Positions 1 through 9,019 of a DNA stretch of 32,000 nucleotides are shown here, piece by piece. The notes under the pieces were generated by a model that saw only the letters and a list, made by a program, of their open reading frames with translations, searched no databases and had not been told where the DNA came from. This DNA comes from Nonlabens ponticola. Its GTDB lineage: Bacteria; Bacteroidota; Bacteroidia; Flavobacteriales; Flavobacteriaceae. The stretch is from NCBI RefSeq assembly GCF_003966335.1, contig NZ_CP034549.1, positions 1,200,001 through 1,232,000 on the forward strand. Direction: 5' to 3'. Every line of letters starts with the position of its first letter. Within the stretch, counting starts at the first letter, position 1. The position numbers and the translations under genes were made by a program.

Positions 1-947
1 ACGATCTCTCAAAAGTAATGGATACCAACGACGCGTGGATTCAGGAACGCACTGGTATCAAGGAACGTCGCCACATCAAGAAAGGCGACGGTAATACGAC
101 TGCCGTGATGGGTGTCAAAGCTGCTGAAATAGCACTGGAACGCGCCCAAGTTTCTAAGGATGATATTGATCTCATCGTTTTTGCCACGTTATCACCAGAT
201 TATTACTTTCCAGGTTGTGGCGTGCAGGTTCAGGATCTTATGGGGATTCACACCTGTCCAGCGCTGGATGTGCGCAATCAGTGTAGTGGTTTTATTTATG
301 CTATTTCGGTCGCAGATCAATTTATAAAAACGGGCATGTATAAAAATGTCCTTGTGATAGGATCAGAAAACCATAGTGGTGGCCTGGATTTCACGACTCG
401 TGGTCGTGGCGTGAGTGTAATCTTTGGTGATGGTGCCGGCGCGGCTGTACTCACAAGATCTGATACAGACGGTCATGGCGTGTTGTCGACACACTTGCAC
501 AGTGAAGGTAAACATGCGCTAGAACTCTCATTGAAAGGTCCTTCTACTTTGCATTGGGTTCCAGAAATAATAGAGGAAAATCCTCAAGAGGATATTCCTT
601 ACTATCCATATATGAACGGCCAGTTTGTATTCAAGAATGCGGTGGTTCGTTTTAGCGAGGTAATCATGGAAGGTTTGAAAACAAACAACCTGCAGGTTGA
701 AGACATTGATATGTTGATACCACATCAAGCTAATTTGCGCATCTCTCAATTCATCCAGAAGAAATTCCAGCTAGCGGACGATAAGGTCTATAATAACATA
801 CAACGCTACGGTAATACCACGGCAGCCAGTATTCCTATCGCATTATGCGAGGCATGGGAAGAAGGTAAGATCAAGGAAGGTGACACGGTAGTGTTGGCAG
901 CCTTTGGTAGTGGGTTTACATGGGGCAGCGCTATTATGAAGTGGTAG
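1..947 (+). CDS. fabH: 3-oxoacyl-ACP synthase III (FabH), 5' end cut by the window edge
   Basis: The frame is open from nt 3 (DLSKVMDTNDAWIQERTGIKERR is a typical FabH N-proximal motif). Also NQCSGF with the active-site Cys, HQANLRI and GNTTAASIP motifs. Stop at 945-947. Confidence 0.9.
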   Translation, partial: DLSKVMDTNDAWIQERTGIKERRHIKKGDGNTTAVMGVKAAEIALERAQVSKDDIDLIVFATLSPDYYFPGCGVQVQDLMGIHTCPALDVRNQCSGFIYAISVADQFIKTGMYKNVLVIGSENHSGGLDFTTRGRGVSVIFGDGAGAAVLTRSDTDGHGVLSTHLHSEGKHALELSLKGPSTLHWVPEIIEENPQEDIPYYPYMNGQFVFKNAVVRFSEVIMEGLKTNNLQVEDIDMLIPHQANLRISQFIQKKFQLADDKVYNNIQRYGNTTAASIPIALCEAWEEGKIKEGDTVVLAAFGSGFTWGSAIMKW

Positions 948-979
948 TAGGAAATTAAAGCGCCATTGTTACCATAACA

Positions 980-1008
980 AAATCCCGAGCCTGCAAGCTC
1001 GGGATTTC
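980..1008 (+). terminator. Putative intrinsic terminator hairpin after fabH
   Basis: AAATCCCGAGC (980-990) pairs with GCTCGGGATTT (997-1007) around a 6-nt loop, 33 nt after the fabH stop. The trailing T-run is short. Confidence 0.5.
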
Positions 1009-1169
1009 TAGTAACCAAATAAAAACACTAACCATTAATTATGAGTTATTTGGTCATGTATGAATCGATGTAAAATCGATTTCTTATCAAATAAATCAAT
1101 AAAGGTTTATCACTTCCTTCACTCAATAGACGATCATATCGTCGTAATGTTACACTGTAAGTAATAATT

Positions 1170-1532
1170 ATGTCTAAAAAAACACTGGTGCTAGGCGCCT
1201 CGCTTAAGGAAGAGCGATACTCAAACGTGGCGATCTACAGGTTGCGCAAATTCAATATTGATACAGTCGCAATTGGTCTGCGAGAAGGTCTGGTCGATGA
1301 TGTAAAACTGCATACAGATCTAGTGCCGTTTCAAGGAATTAATACGGTGACCCTTTATTTGAACCCTAAGAGGCAAGAGGCTTACTATGATTATATCATT
1401 AGCTTAAGACCTGAACGTGTCATCTTTAATCCAGGCACAGAAAACCCAGAGTTTTACAAGATGCTAGAAGAAAATAACATTAAGGTTGAGGTTGCTTGTA
1501 CGCTAGTCATGCTGGGTACTAATCAGTATTAG
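1170..1532 (+). CDS. CoA-binding domain protein (YccU/YneT-like)
   Basis: 120 aa with an ATG start. The N-terminal KTLVLGAS...RYSNVAIYRL pattern and the size fit small CoA-binding (Rossmann-like) proteins. Confidence 0.7.
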   Translation: MSKKTLVLGASLKEERYSNVAIYRLRKFNIDTVAIGLREGLVDDVKLHTDLVPFQGINTVTLYLNPKRQEAYYDYIISLRPERVIFNPGTENPEFYKMLEENNIKVEVACTLVMLGTNQY

Positions 1533-2994
1533 CAGTTAAATCTTCCTGCTGGGTAAACCAACTACCTATCCATAATCCTGCAACCGTAATCGCACCGTTC
1601 AAGATCAGAATAAAAAAACCGAATTTAAAGTTGGCTTGCGTTTCTGCCAGATAGCTTATCGCATAGGTAACAAATGGTGAGGCGATGGCGATGATAGGTA
1701 TCAGTTTATGATTGACTTTGACTTTTGTTAAGATCCCAAAACCAAACATACCCAACAGCGGTCCATACGTGTAACCAGCAAACACAAACAATTTGTTGAT
1801 TACACTCGCATCTTGAATGATGTATTCAAAACCTACAATCACAAGTATCAATACTATTGAAAATCCTACGTGAAACAGTTTGCGTAGTTGTTGTTGTTTC
1901 TGTTCTGCAAAGTTTTTTTCAAGCTTTACTATATCAACGGAGAAAGAAGTCGTGAGTGAAGTCAACGCGCTATCAGCACTGGAATAGGCGGCCGCAACCA
2001 GTCCTAGAATGAACACAAGTCCCAACCCGATACCTAGACCATTGTCCATCGCTACCGCTGGGAACAATTGATCCTTTGTGGCTGTTAGGAATTCCGCTTT
2101 CGCGAAAGCGGTAAGCAAAACGCCCAATGCAAGGAACACAAGGTTCACGATGGTTAAAACAATAGTGAACCAAAAAATGTTTTTTTGAGCATCACCAAGA
2201 CTGCGGCAGGTCAAGTTTTTTTGCATCATATCTTGATCCAGTCCAGTCATTACAATGGCGATAAAAGCACCCGCTAGAAATTGCTTGATAAAGAATTGAT
2301 CGCTTTTCCAGTCATCCCAAAAGAAGATTTGCGAGTACTCGCTTTCACTCACAAAACTGATTATTCCACCTATTCCATTGAGGTCTAGACTATCACTGAC
2401 GTAATAGATCGCCACGCCTACTGCAATAAGCATAAACAGTGTTTGCAAGGTGTCAGTCCATACAATGGTCTTGATTCCTGATCTAAAAGTATAAAGCCAG
2501 ATGAGAACCACGGTAAAAGTCACCGTTTGCCAAAATGCAATTCCCATCGCATCAAAAACGAAGGTCTGCAATACACCAGCCACTAGATATAGCCTAAAAC
2601 TAGCGCCAACGATGCGTGATAAGAGAAAAAAGCTGGAGCCTGTGTACTGCGCAGCACTACCATAACGATCACCTAAATAACTGTAGATAGACGTCAAGTT
2701 CATGCGATAATACAGCGGCATGAGTATTAAGCCTATGACGGCATAGCCCACAATGTAACCTAGCACTACCTGAAAATAATTCATCGATCCAGCCTCAACA
2801 GCACCTGGAACCGATATAAATGTCACACCACTTAACGACGCGCCTATCATCCCAAAGGCCACGATGTACCATGGCGACGATCTGTTGCCTCTAAAGAAGG
2901 TCGAACTATCAGCCTTACGGCCTACCACAAAGGAAATAATTACCAGCACGGCAAAATACGTGGCAATGGTTAGTAAGATTTGGGTAGAGCTCAC
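1519..2994 (-). CDS. Sodium:solute symporter family (SSS) transporter
   Basis: 491 aa and highly hydrophobic with multiple TM segments. FFRGNRSSPWYIVAFGMIGASLSGVTFISVPG is SSS-like. The start codon on the sequence is GTG (plus-strand CAC at 2992-2994), and no in-frame ATG would retain TM1. Confidence 0.8.
   Translation of the reverse strand: MSSTQILLTIATYFAVLVIISFVVGRKADSSTFFRGNRSSPWYIVAFGMIGASLSGVTFISVPGAVEAGSMNYFQVVLGYIVGYAVIGLILMPLYYRMNLTSIYSYLGDRYGSAAQYTGSSFFLLSRIVGASFRLYLVAGVLQTFVFDAMGIAFWQTVTFTVVLIWLYTFRSGIKTIVWTDTLQTLFMLIAVGVAIYYVSDSLDLNGIGGIISFVSESEYSQIFFWDDWKSDQFFIKQFLAGAFIAIVMTGLDQDMMQKNLTCRSLGDAQKNIFWFTIVLTIVNLVFLALGVLLTAFAKAEFLTATKDQLFPAVAMDNGLGIGLGLVFILGLVAAAYSSADSALTSLTTSFSVDIVKLEKNFAEQKQQQLRKLFHVGFSIVLILVIVGFEYIIQDASVINKLFVFAGYTYGPLLGMFGFGILTKVKVNHKLIPIIAIASPFVTYAISYLAETQANFKFGFFILILNGAITVAGLWIGSWFTQQEDLTANTD
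2094..2111. repeat. Iterated palindrome copy 1 (CCGCTTTCGCGAAAGCGG, 18-nt perfect)
   Basis: Inside the SSS transporter CDS, read as AFAKAE. The GGAAT flank is on the minus-strand side. Confidence 0.95.
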
Positions 2995-3066
2995 GGTTTA
3001 AATTTTGCTGCTAAAATAGTCATAGCAATCTGCATATCACCGACCAATATTCACGATTGGGCACGC

Positions 3067-3074
3067 TATATTTG
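3067..3074 (+). promoter_or_regulatory. Bacteroidota-type -7 box (TATATTTG) upstream of recR
   Basis: Exact match to TAnnTTTG, ending 6 nt before the recR ATG at 3081. This implies a leaderless or near-leaderless transcript. Confidence 0.4.
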
Positions 3075-3080
3075 TGAGAC

Positions 3081-3698
3081 ATGAATTTTTCCTCAAAAAT
3101 CCTAGAAGAAGCCGTACATCAAGTATCTCAATTGCCTGGAATAGGTAAACGTACAGCGCTGCGGTTGGTACTGCATCTCATGCGACAACCAGAACAGCAA
3201 ACTGATGCGCTTTCTAAGGCCTTGACAGATATGAGGCATGATCTCAAATTTTGTAAAAAGTGTCATAATGTGAGCGATACAGATTTTTGTGAAATCTGTG
3301 CCAGCCACAATCGGGATCATACATTAGTTTGCGTGGTAGAAGACGTGCGCGACGTGATGGCCATTGAAAATACGAGCCAGTATCGAGGTTTGTATCATGT
3401 TTTAGGTGGTAAGATCAGCCCGATGGATGGAATAGGCCCGCAAGATTTGAAAGTAAGCTCACTGGTCAATCGCGTGAAAAACGATGAGGTTAAGGAAATC
3501 ATTTTTGCATTGAGTCCAACCATAGAAGGTGACACGACAAATTTTTACATCTTCAAGCAATTGGGTGATTTACCAGTCAGCACATCGACTATTGCACGTG
3601 GTATTGCCGTAGGTGACGAGCTAGAGTTTGCAGATGAGGTAACGCTAGGCCGCAGCATCTTGCAACGCATTCCTTATGAAACCAGTGTGAAAAGCTGA
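3081..3698 (+). CDS. recR: Recombination protein RecR
   Basis: 205 aa with an HhH motif ([12 protein letters not shown]), a C4 zinc finger ([16 protein letters not shown]), and Toprim-region motifs ([16 protein letters not shown]). Confidence 0.95.
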   Translation: MNFSSKILEEAVHQVSQLPGIGKRTALRLVLHLMRQPEQQTDALSKALTDMRHDLKFCKKCHNVSDTDFCEICASHNRDHTLVCVVEDVRDVMAIENTSQYRGLYHVLGGKISPMDGIGPQDLKVSSLVNRVKNDEVKEIIFALSPTIEGDTTNFYIFKQLGDLPVSTSTIARGIAVGDELEFADEVTLGRSILQRIPYETSVKS

Positions 3699-4819
3699 TG
3701 ACGCAACTATCGATCATAATCTTGAACTACAATGCTTCGGCTTTTTTGGAGCTTTGTGTCGAGAGCGTGTTGGTAGCCACACAAAACATAAAATCTCAGA
3801 TCATCGTTGCTGATAACGCATCGACAGACAACAGTTTGATGCGCATCAAGCAATACTCAAATCAAGTTGAGATTATTGAGTTTGATAAAAATTATGGCTT
3901 TTCTAAAGGGAATAACCTGGCAGTGCAGCAAGCAACAGGAGAGTACATCTGTTTGTTGAATCCAGATACGATAGTAGGTAGCAATGTTTTTGATGAATGT
4001 TACGCTTTCGCGAAACCTGCACTGAGTGGAGTCGAAGTGGCGCAATCCCAAGTAGGCTTCATAGGAGTACAGTTGATCGATGGTAGCGGCACGTATTTAC
4101 CAGAAAGTAAGCGTCGTGTTCCCACTAAAAGTGGTGTAGCCTTAAAAAAGATAGGTGTTGATTCAAAATATTATGATCAACGGTTTACCCAAGATGAGCG
4201 AGCAAAAACAGAGGTCTTAGTCGGTGCATTTATGATGGGCAAAAAATCCACCTATGAAAAGCTAGGCGGTCTGGATGAACGGTATTTCATGTACGGCGAG
4301 GACATTGACCTGAGTTTTACTGCTTTGAAGAACGGTTTTCATAATTGGTATCTAGGAGATCTTAAAATCATTCATTTTAAAGGAGAAAGCACTATACAAG
4401 ATAAAAAATACCGCGAGCGATTCTACAACGCGATGCAATTATTCTATGCTAAGCATCATCCTGAAAGCAAATGGAGTCAATGGCTGGTAAATAAGTTTGC
4501 ACAAGTCATGATAAATAAAACACCAAAATCAATTGAACAAAAAATCGATGTTGATAGAAGACAAATAGTAATTTCTGAAGATTACGATTCAGATAGATTT
4601 GAGGTGTTTACACTAGACCAACTATTGGAAAGCAATTTCCTTACGGATACCGTGAATCTTGAAATCATTTGGGACACTAAAACCATTGAACGTCAAGAGA
4701 TCATTTCCTTCATGAGTTTTCATGGAAATAGGTGGACCTATAGATTTCTAAATCATTCTCGCTCAACCATTTCGGGAAGCGATTCCAGCAATTCACGAGG
4801 TGTTGTTAAGCAATTCTGA
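3698..4819 (+). CDS. Glycosyltransferase family 2
   Basis: The N-terminus LSIIILNYNASAFLELCVESV...ADNASTDNS is a GT-A signature, and YGEDIDLS is present. The ATG overlaps the recR TGA by 1 nt (TGATG). Confidence 0.85.
   Translation: MTQLSIIILNYNASAFLELCVESVLVATQNIKSQIIVADNASTDNSLMRIKQYSNQVEIIEFDKNYGFSKGNNLAVQQATGEYICLLNPDTIVGSNVFDECYAFAKPALSGVEVAQSQVGFIGVQLIDGSGTYLPESKRRVPTKSGVALKKIGVDSKYYDQRFTQDERAKTEVLVGAFMMGKKSTYEKLGGLDERYFMYGEDIDLSFTALKNGFHNWYLGDLKIIHFKGESTIQDKKYRERFYNAMQLFYAKHHPESKWSQWLVNKFAQVMINKTPKSIEQKIDVDRRQIVISEDYDSDRFEVFTLDQLLESNFLTDTVNLEIIWDTKTIERQEIISFMSFHGNRWTYRFLNHSRSTISGSDSSNSRGVVKQF
3999..4017. repeat. Iterated palindrome copy 2 (GTTACGCTTTCGCGAAAcC, core 13/14)
   Basis: Inside the GT2 CDS, read as YAFAKP. 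The left arm GTTACGC is intact and the right arm is degenerate. Confidence 0.8.
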
Positions 4820-4911
4820 TTAAAAGTTGTGATTCATTGAATTATTGATAACAATATCTTAAAACATTATAGGCACAATGCGATTACCTCAAAACAGAGA
4901 TTGATTATTAG

Positions 4912-4919
4912 TATTTTTG
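4912..4919 (+). promoter_or_regulatory. Bacteroidota-type -7 box (TATTTTTG) upstream of the E2 gene
   Basis: Matches TAnnTTTG, 34 nt upstream of the ATG at 4953, within a 133-nt intergenic spacer. Confidence 0.35.
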
Positions 4920-4952
4920 CAAAAGTTAAAACCTAGCTAGAACACTTTATAT

Positions 4953-6290
4953 ATGGCACGATACGAATTAAAACTTCCTAAGATGGGTGAATCTGTAGCA
5001 GAGGCTACAATTACTACATGGCTCAAGAACGTTGGTGATGCTATTGAGATGGATGAGCCAGTGCTAGAAATAGCGACTGATAAAGTCGATAGCGAGGTGC
5101 CTAGCGAGGTTGATGGTGTCTTGTCTGAGATTCTTTTTGAAGTTGATGACGTCGTCCAGGTAGGTCAAACCATCGCCATTATAGAGACCGATGCCGCTGA
5201 GGCTAGAGCATCAGTTCCTGATCAAGTAAAAGAGGTGACAGCTGCTGCACCAGCAGGCTATGCAGAAGAAGCAACACAGACTGCTGCAGAGCAAGTCAAT
5301 AAAGGTCTAGAAACTGCTGGCAAATACGACTACTCTAATAGTGATCAGTTCTACTCGCCATTAGTAAAAAACATCGCCAAGGAAGAAGGTATCGCAGTAT
5401 CTGAATTGGAGAGCATTTCAGGTACAGGAAAGGACGGTCGTGTAACTAAGCACGATATTCTAGCTTATGTAGAAGACCGCAAATCCGGCAAACCAGTAGC
5501 TCAAGCAAATGTCGTCGCTGATAAATCAGCTTCAGCAACAGTAAAATCTGCACCGGTGGCAGCACCAGTTTCTATGAACGGTGATGATGAGATCATCGAG
5601 ATGACTCGCATGGGTAAATTAATCTCGCACCACATGGTGGCAAGTGTGCAAACTAGCGCGCACGTACAAAGTTTTATTGAGTGCGATGTGACCAATATCT
5701 GGAACTGGAGAAAAAAGAACAAAGAAACATTCAAACAGCGAGAAGGCGAGAATCTCACTTTCACGCCAATATTTATGGAAGCTGTGGCAAAAGCCATCAG
5801 AGAGTTCCCGATGATAAATATTAGTGTTGATGGTGACCGTATCATCAAACGCAAGAATATTAATTTGGGTATGGCAGCTGCCTTACCAGATGGCAACTTG
5901 ATTGTTCCAGTAATCAAAAATGCAGATCAGCTCAATCTTGTGGGTATGGCAAAATCTGTTAATGATCTTGCAGGCCGTGCACGCGATGGTAAACTCAAAC
6001 CAGACGATACTCAAGGTGGTACTTATACGGTGACTAATGTAGGAACATTTGGTTCTATCATGGGTACACCTATTATCAATCAACCACAGGTCGCCATACT
6101 TGCCTTAGGTGCTATTAGAAAAGTACCAGCAGTCGTAGAAACACCAGAAGGTGACTTCATCGGTATACGTATGAAGATGTTCTTATCACACAGCTATGAT
6201 CATCGTGTTGTAAATGGTGCTCTAGGTGGTCAATTTGTGCAGCGAGTAGCACAAATTTTAGAATCTTTTGACACTGATCGCGAGATCTAA
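4953..6290 (+). CDS. 2-oxoacid dehydrogenase E2 component (dihydrolipoamide acyltransferase)
   Basis: 445 aa with a lipoyl domain (EIATDKVDSEVPS), an Ala-rich linker, a peripheral subunit-binding domain (SPLVKNIAKEEGI...GTGKDGRVTKHDI), and a catalytic domain with SHSYDHRVVNG. Confidence 0.9.
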   Translation: MARYELKLPKMGESVAEATITTWLKNVGDAIEMDEPVLEIATDKVDSEVPSEVDGVLSEILFEVDDVVQVGQTIAIIETDAAEARASVPDQVKEVTAAAPAGYAEEATQTAAEQVNKGLETAGKYDYSNSDQFYSPLVKNIAKEEGIAVSELESISGTGKDGRVTKHDILAYVEDRKSGKPVAQANVVADKSASATVKSAPVAAPVSMNGDDEIIEMTRMGKLISHHMVASVQTSAHVQSFIECDVTNIWNWRKKNKETFKQREGENLTFTPIFMEAVAKAIREFPMINISVDGDRIIKRKNINLGMAAALPDGNLIVPVIKNADQLNLVGMAKSVNDLAGRARDGKLKPDDTQGGTYTVTNVGTFGSIMGTPIINQPQVAILALGAIRKVPAVVETPEGDFIGIRMKMFLSHSYDHRVVNGALGGQFVQRVAQILESFDTDREI

Positions 6291-6304
6291 AGAATCCAAC
6301 AATT

Positions 6305-6589
6305 ATGGCAGATCAAATCCATCTAGAAGATTTCGATTACTTCAAGGGCGCCAAAGTATTGCATTATTTTGAGTTCAATGATCCAATGACGGTTAAGGAC
6401 GAGTATTTCAATGAACTTGAGATACACGCGTTAACCATCTGCAATTATGATGGTGAGCAGACCATGCTTTTTTATTTTGATGAGGATTTAGAGATCGTAC
6501 ATGAACACGAATTCATGATCACCAAACAAGCAAAAGAAAAAGCAGCCGAAGATTTCTCTGGAATCGATATTAACTGGAAGAATAAATAG
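6305..6589 (+). CDS. Hypothetical small acidic protein (94 aa)
   Basis: ATG ORF starting 14 nt after the E2 stop, with no competing ORF. I recognise no family. Acidic, with no signal peptide. Confidence 0.5.
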   Translation: MADQIHLEDFDYFKGAKVLHYFEFNDPMTVKDEYFNELEIHALTICNYDGEQTMLFYFDEDLEIVHEHEFMITKQAKEKAAEDFSGIDINWKNK

Positions 6590-6590
6590 C

Positions 6591-7727
6591 CTAATTATAG
6601 ACCTCTAGAAATCTAGATGCGATCTTGACACAGTCATGCATTTCTAGCACCAATTCTCTAGCTTGCCTTCCTTTTTCCAGCAATGTTTCAGGATTCTCGA
6701 TCAATTCTACCAGTTGTGCCACGAGGTAATCCACATCAGGTTGTGCATCAATAACTGGTACTTGATCTACTGCGTGATACGTTTTGTAGGCGTTTCCAGC
6801 ACCGGCAAATACTACCTTTCCTTTAAGCATCGCCTCTAGAGCATTATATCCTTGATCATAACATAATACCTGATCTAATAATATGTGAGCACTAGAAAAA
6901 CTATTTATGTATTCGTGATACGGTAAGTTTTCGGCAATCGTGATTTTAATTTGGTCATTATATTTTTCTTTGATACGCTTCAACGCCTCTTCAAAGTAAT
7001 AAATCCCTTTTTTGTAATAGTTGGGCCTATTGATTCCCATAAAGATCTCGATAGTTGATAGATCGGTGTTTAGAGTCAATTCGTGTCTTGATGTTTGCAC
7101 TGGTGCAGGAATGATTTTGGTCGCTTTTTTTTGATTGGTAAGTGCCATTGCATAGTCGACATTACTAGGAATGACAGCCTCGCAATGTTGCACTAGCCAG
7201 TGGTAATTCTCTTGATATCCTTTTTCCAGATACTTGTAGGTATGACCTAAATATGGTTTTAACCTTACATCTTTCTTCACTGGATCTAGAATGGAATATC
7301 CTTGATGATCATTCATTAGATATTGAGCGTATTCTGCATCATCACCACAGGCCGCCAGATAGCACTTACCATTATTAGCTACTAACCACTGCATCATTTT
7401 GAGCTCTACTGCTGGCTCGCAACCTAGTGCATTAGAATTGATGAACTGTACTATATCGTGGTCTTTGAGTTTGTTTTTGCTTTCGCGAAAGCTTGCATAC
7501 CTCAAGTTATCTTCAAGATTACGACCTGTGAGTTTCCACCAGGCTACTTTGAACTTTTCACGGAACCAATTCCTACGGAACCAATCGCTGCCAATGAAAA
7601 CATCTACCGGATAATTTTTAAACCCATCACCATCACCAACTAGTGTCACTTTATGACCCAACTGTTGCAAGCCATGTTTCAGGGCATTGTGATAACCGCT
7701 GTATTCTCCTACCAGCAAGATGCGCAT
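6591..7727 (-). CDS. Glycosyltransferase (GT-B / family 1-like)
   Basis: The ORF extends to 7763, but MRILLVGEYSGYHNALKHGLQQLGHKVTLVG (ATG at 7727) is the typical GT-B N-terminus. C-terminal motifs ...GYNALEAMLKGKVVFAGAG are GT1-like. Confidence 0.7.
   Translation of the reverse strand: MRILLVGEYSGYHNALKHGLQQLGHKVTLVGDGDGFKNYPVDVFIGSDWFRRNWFREKFKVAWWKLTGRNLEDNLRYASFRESKNKLKDHDIVQFINSNALGCEPAVELKMMQWLVANNGKCYLAACGDDAEYAQYLMNDHQGYSILDPVKKDVRLKPYLGHTYKYLEKGYQENYHWLVQHCEAVIPSNVDYAMALTNQKKATKIIPAPVQTSRHELTLNTDLSTIEIFMGINRPNYYKKGIYYFEEALKRIKEKYNDQIKITIAENLPYHEYINSFSSAHILLDQVLCYDQGYNALEAMLKGKVVFAGAGNAYKTYHAVDQVPVIDAQPDVDYLVAQLVELIENPETLLEKGRQARELVLEMHDCVKIASRFLEVYN
7479..7492. repeat. Iterated palindrome copy 3 (GCTTTCGCGAAAGC)
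   Basis: Inside the GT-B CDS (minus strand), read as SFRES. Confidence 0.95.
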
Positions 7728-7757
7728 AAAAAGTATCTTTGGGATAAAGATACACGC

Positions 7758-8594
7758 TTGCAACCTTACACGACAGACGATCTTGAGATTCTCATCGCGA
7801 CCATGGATCGTGAGGATTTGTCGTTTCTGGAAGTGATGTTTTCAAAACCGTTAGAACAGATTCATGCTAACATTTTGATAGTTAATCAAAATCAGGATAG
7901 CAAATTGGTATCTAAGAATCCCAACATCAAAGTGATTAACGATGTCGGTCGAGGTTTGAGCCGCAGCCGTAATATGGGTATTAAGAACATGACAGGTAAG
8001 TTGGGCTGGATACTCGATGATGATTGTATCATATTGCCAGATTCCATCCAAAGTATCGTGGATGCTCACAATGATATTCCATCTACAATAATCACTTTTC
8101 AAACGGAAGTCCTAGAAACAGGAGACCCTTATTGGAATTATCCTAAGCAACCTACTTTTTTCCAGCATCAGGATTTGAAGTTGATGGAAAAAGTCCTGTC
8201 GCCAGAGATTACATTTAAAAAAGAATTGATGACTCAAGAAGCTGTGTTTGACGAGCGTTTTGGATTAGGGGCACAGTTTGAAGACAGCGAAAACCTAGTT
8301 TTCCTAAGTAGCTTGAACAAGTTTGACATTTCCGGAGCTTTTTATCCAAAAATGATCGTTAAGCATGGCCAGCACAATAGCAGTGATGAGCCAGCTGCAG
8401 ACCGCGTCATATATGCTCGCGGCGCGCTAGCAGCATTCTTGAAGCGATCTGTATTTTTTCACGCTTGGAAATACGCGTTCTTTCTATTGAGAAAAGGTCT
8501 GGTGAAATCACCTCGAGAACTGTTGAGGTCAAAATCCTTATTTCAAAAAGGAGCTGAGAGTTTTCAGAAAAGCGAGCTTTTAAATAACAATTAA
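7758..8594 (+). CDS. Glycosyltransferase, GT-A fold (family 2-like)
   Basis: DLEILIATMDRED is the first beta-strand and ILDDDCIIL is a DXD motif. The track's ATG at 7653 would overlap the divergent gene by 75-111 nt. The in-frame TTG at 7758 is the only plausible start that keeps the first strand. The start is uncertain. Confidence 0.65.
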   Translation: MQPYTTDDLEILIATMDREDLSFLEVMFSKPLEQIHANILIVNQNQDSKLVSKNPNIKVINDVGRGLSRSRNMGIKNMTGKLGWILDDDCIILPDSIQSIVDAHNDIPSTIITFQTEVLETGDPYWNYPKQPTFFQHQDLKLMEKVLSPEITFKKELMTQEAVFDERFGLGAQFEDSENLVFLSSLNKFDISGAFYPKMIVKHGQHNSSDEPAADRVIYARGALAAFLKRSVFFHAWKYAFFLLRKGLVKSPRELLRSKSLFQKGAESFQKSELLNNN

Positions 8595-8611
8595 TTACCG
8601 ACCTTTATTTA

Positions 8612-9019
8612 ATGGATTATACCATCATCGACATTCCTAAAATTACTGATCCACGTGGTAATCTCGCGGTAGTTGAAAAGGCTTCTATACCATTTGCAAT
8701 CAAGCGTGTGTATTATTTGTACGATGTTCCTAGTGAATCTCATCGTGGTGGTCATGCACATAAAGAGTGTTATACCATGCTTATCGCAATCAGTGGCAGT
8801 TTTATCGTGCAGCTCAATGATGGTAAAACTACTACTGAGGTATTTCTCAACAAACCAGCCAAAGGCCTTATCGTGCCGACTATGGTATGGCGAGAACTTA
8901 CAGATTTTTCTAGCGGTGCGGTATGTCTCGCGCTAGCTTCTCATGATTTCTCTGAAGAGGATTACATCAGGGATTTTGACAAATTTAAATCACTTGCCGC
9001 TGCGCACGTGAAATCCTAG
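8612..9019 (+). CDS. Sugar 3,4-ketoisomerase, FdtA / WxcM-like cupin
   Basis: 135 aa. DPRGNLAVVEK..IPFAIKRVYYLYDVP...RGGHAHK...VWRELTDFSSGAVCLALAS..F.EEDYIRDFDKF matches my recollection of characterised FdtA-type dTDP-6-deoxy-hexulose isomerases along the whole length. Confidence 0.85.
   Translation: MDYTIIDIPKITDPRGNLAVVEKASIPFAIKRVYYLYDVPSESHRGGHAHKECYTMLIAISGSFIVQLNDGKTTTEVFLNKPAKGLIVPTMVWRELTDFSSGAVCLALASHDFSEEDYIRDFDKFKSLAAAHVKS

Noticed and set aside
1973-2173. 66-aa minus-strand alternate-frame ORF containing RFRESGIP
   Set aside because: It is an out-of-frame read of the SSS transporter gene. Its RFRES peptide is simply the palindrome in another frame. It shows how the repeat can seed spurious small-ORF calls.
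5501-5917. 138-aa minus-strand ORF (also 5883-6083) inside the E2 gene
   Set aside because: It is antisense to a strongly supported E2 acyltransferase CDS and matches no family. It is a shadow ORF.
6198-6218. E2 catalytic motif reads DHRVVNG instead of DHRxxDG
   Set aside because: To my recollection, an Asn at this position occurs in functional E2 enzymes (a DHRVING-type motif in some proteobacterial E2p). I therefore do not treat it as a sign of inactivation.
7399-7643. Two plus-strand ORFs (71 and 61 aa) inside the GT-B gene, and the 8673-8936 alternate frame in the FdtA-like gene
   Set aside because: They overlap stronger CDSs. They have no start context or motifs.
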